Source: Marsupella aquatica
Taxonomy: Eukaryota; Plantae; Marchantiophyta
Length of the DNA stretch: 64,000 nucleotides
NCBI GenBank assembly: GCA_973895155.1
Contig: OZ316897.1
Span: 18,696,457-18,760,456 of the forward strand
Reading direction: 5' to 3'
In this document: one piece after another, positions 62,036 through 64,000 of the stretch
How the letters are laid out: the number at the start of each line of letters is the position of its first letter
Numbering within the stretch: the first letter of the stretch is position 1
Translations under genes and position numbers: made by a program
The notes under the pieces: generated by a model
The model's input: the letters and a program-made list of their open reading frames with translations, nothing else
Database searches by the model: none
What the model was told of the DNA's origin: nothing

Positions 62036-64000
62036 ATGGGGAGAAGAGCAGGAACGTCGAAAGGAAGAGTGCTAGGAGCGATTTGGAAGCGGGTTCACTT
62101 TCAAGAGCAATCGTTGCCAATGCAGAGGAATATACCCAGTGATCTTTCGCCAAATGCGGAGAAGAAAGGGAGCATCGTTGAGAGGTTACAGCAAAAACAC
62201 ATTTCGTTACCGGCTCATGACGAACCCGAACAGCGTACGACGCGAAGGAAACGGAGGAAGAGGGGGTCAGTCAACGGATGCTTACCCCAGGGTTCACGAG
62301 TGACTCCTGGAAGCTGCACGAACAGTGGAAGCACGATGGATATATCAAACCCAGATGCCCACAAACCGAGCACCACCCTCCCGTCCACGATGAAAGTGAT
62401 GTTGTCCCCTCATCTAGGCACTAGCTATTGTTATTGCTCGATCAGCGATTCACTTCGTCTTTTTCCTGGACCAGGGTTGAGTGAGAGATTTATTTTGGTC
62501 AACAACCAGACCGTGCTAAAAGTTAAACCAGACGCTGCAGTTCCAGATGGTTACCTTGGCCTCGACTATTGGGGCCGCAGCAACGTAGGGGTCTCGGAAA
62601 ACGATGATGTGCGAGTAGCTCGCTATATTCCGGATAAACTAGTGATGTTATCATTGCAGTTGCAAACTGTGAAATATTCTGTGAAATTGCGTGACAATCC
62701 AGAAATGCTTGATATGGAAAGGCTCAAAGCAAGGTTTATCAGTGAGTACAAGGGCACAATGATGACAGTGGGGAACTGGGTGTTTCTTCATGCTAATGGG
62801 ACGGATTGTACTTTCGAGGTGAAAAAGACAATGGGGAAGCAGGTTTCGGACTCTAAAGGTGGGCTTTGGACCAGCGATACGCACCTAATCTTGGAAAACC
62901 CAGGAGACGCTGGGATCGCGATTCCTCATCAACCAGGTAATGACTCCGGTGTCACGAGTACTAATGAAGAGGGTGGCGACTCTGACGTCCAGATTCTTAA
63001 TCAAACAGGCACGAATGAAAAAGGTAGTCACTCTGGCATCCAGACTGCTAATCAAACAGGTGGAGGGCGTAGGAACTTGTTCAAAACAAACGACTTCAGC
63101 TTCCAAAATCTGGGTATTGGTGGCCTAGATGACGAGTTTGAAGATATTTTTCGGAGGGCATTTGCATCACGACTCTTTCAACCGGATGTGATACAGAAGC
63201 TTGGCATCAAGCACGTGAAGGGTATGCTGCTTTGGGGGCCCCCAGGCACTGGAAAAACTCTTATCGCCCGACAAATCGGCAAGATGCTCCATGGCAAAGA
63301 ACCAAAGGTCGTCAATGGACCAGAACTTCTAACCAAATGGTGGGGAGAAACTGAACGGAAGACTCGAGAGCTCTTTGCAGATGCCGAAAATGACCAAAAG
63401 ATTCGTGGAGATAAGAGTGACTTACATATCATCATCTTTGACGAAATTGATGCAATTTGCAAGACCCGAGGCTCTTTAGGAAGTTCGTCTGTGCTAAATG
63501 ACGGTATCGTTAATCAGCTTCTCACAAAGATTGATGGTGTGGACTCTCTGAACAACATCCTGGTAATTGGGATGACCAACAGAAAAGATCTGCTTGATGA
63601 AGCCTTACTTCGGCCAGGCCGTTTAGAAGTCCACATTCAGATTGGATTGCCAGACGAGAAAGGACGTGCGCAAATTCTGCACATTCATTCGAGCAAAATG
63701 CAACAAAGTACTTGTTTGTCTGATGACGTCGATCTTGTGAATCTTGCTGCGAGGACCAAGAATTTTAGCGGAGCAGAATTGGAGGGACTAGTGAGAAGCG
63801 CAACGTCATTCGCTCTCAACAGACACGTCAACTTTGAAGATCTGAACAAGTCGACGGATGGCAATATCAAAGTAATGTTGTGCGACTTCGAAAAAGCTCT
63901 GGATGAGATCATACCTGCTTTTGGGGCAGGTTCCGCCAATTTGGAAAGGTGTAGGATAAACTCTATGTTGGATTGTGGTCCAAGGAATGACCATGTTCTA
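62036..64000 (+). CDS. NSF: NSF-like AAA+ ATPase, copy 3 (intronless, 3'-truncated by the window edge, so absent from the ORF track)
   Basis: ATG at 62036 (MGRRAGTSKG...) is in frame with LGIGGLDDEFEDIFRRAFASR, GPPGTGKT (~63236), IIIFDEID, IGMTNRKDLLDEALLRPGRLE, NFSGAELEGLV; D1 is highly similar to copy 1. Confidence 0.9.
   Translation, partial: MGRRAGTSKGRVLGAIWKRVHFQEQSLPMQRNIPSDLSPNAEKKGSIVERLQQKHISLPAHDEPEQRTTRRKRRKRGSVNGCLPQGSRVTPGSCTNSGSTMDISNPDAHKPSTTLPSTMKVMLSPHLGTSYCYCSISDSLRLFPGPGLSERFILVNNQTVLKVKPDAAVPDGYLGLDYWGRSNVGVSENDDVRVARYIPDKLVMLSLQLQTVKYSVKLRDNPEMLDMERLKARFISEYKGTMMTVGNWVFLHANGTDCTFEVKKTMGKQVSDSKGGLWTSDTHLILENPGDAGIAIPHQPGNDSGVTSTNEEGGDSDVQILNQTGTNEKGSHSGIQTANQTGGGRRNLFKTNDFSFQNLGIGGLDDEFEDIFRRAFASRLFQPDVIQKLGIKHVKGMLLWGPPGTGKTLIARQIGKMLHGKEPKVVNGPELLTKWWGETERKTRELFADAENDQKIRGDKSDLHIIIFDEIDAICKTRGSLGSSSVLNDGIVNQLLTKIDGVDSLNNILVIGMTNRKDLLDEALLRPGRLEVHIQIGLPDEKGRAQILHIHSSKMQQSTCLSDDVDLVNLAARTKNFSGAELEGLVRSATSFALNRHVNFEDLNKSTDGNIKVMLCDFEKALDEIIPAFGAGSANLERCRINSMLDCGPRNDHVL

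Overview
Eukaryotic land-plant nuclear DNA, most likely from a liverwort or other bryophyte (inferred from the APB-less PIF and the gene style). There are no prokaryotic operons or CRISPR arrays. The left part holds a 7-exon phytochrome-interacting bHLH factor (PIF) gene on the minus strand, followed by about 18 kb of MITEs, transposon relics and tandem repeats. The middle holds an intron-containing tRNA-Tyr(GUA) with a 126/252-bp higher-order tandem array right behind it, an intronless MND1 preceded by five amplified copies of its own leader, and a multi-pass membrane-protein ORF. The right third is the most unusual. It has three intronless, divergent NSF (AAA+ vesicle-fusion ATPase) paralogs: one complete, one 5' pseudogene and one running off the window end. 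The two long copies have altered pore loops. Together they bracket a head-to-head pair of intronless genes with an N-terminal ParB/Sulfiredoxin-fold (Tox-ParB-like) domain, one carrying an 8-unit repeat tail. All family calls come from motif recognition by eye; no database searches were run.
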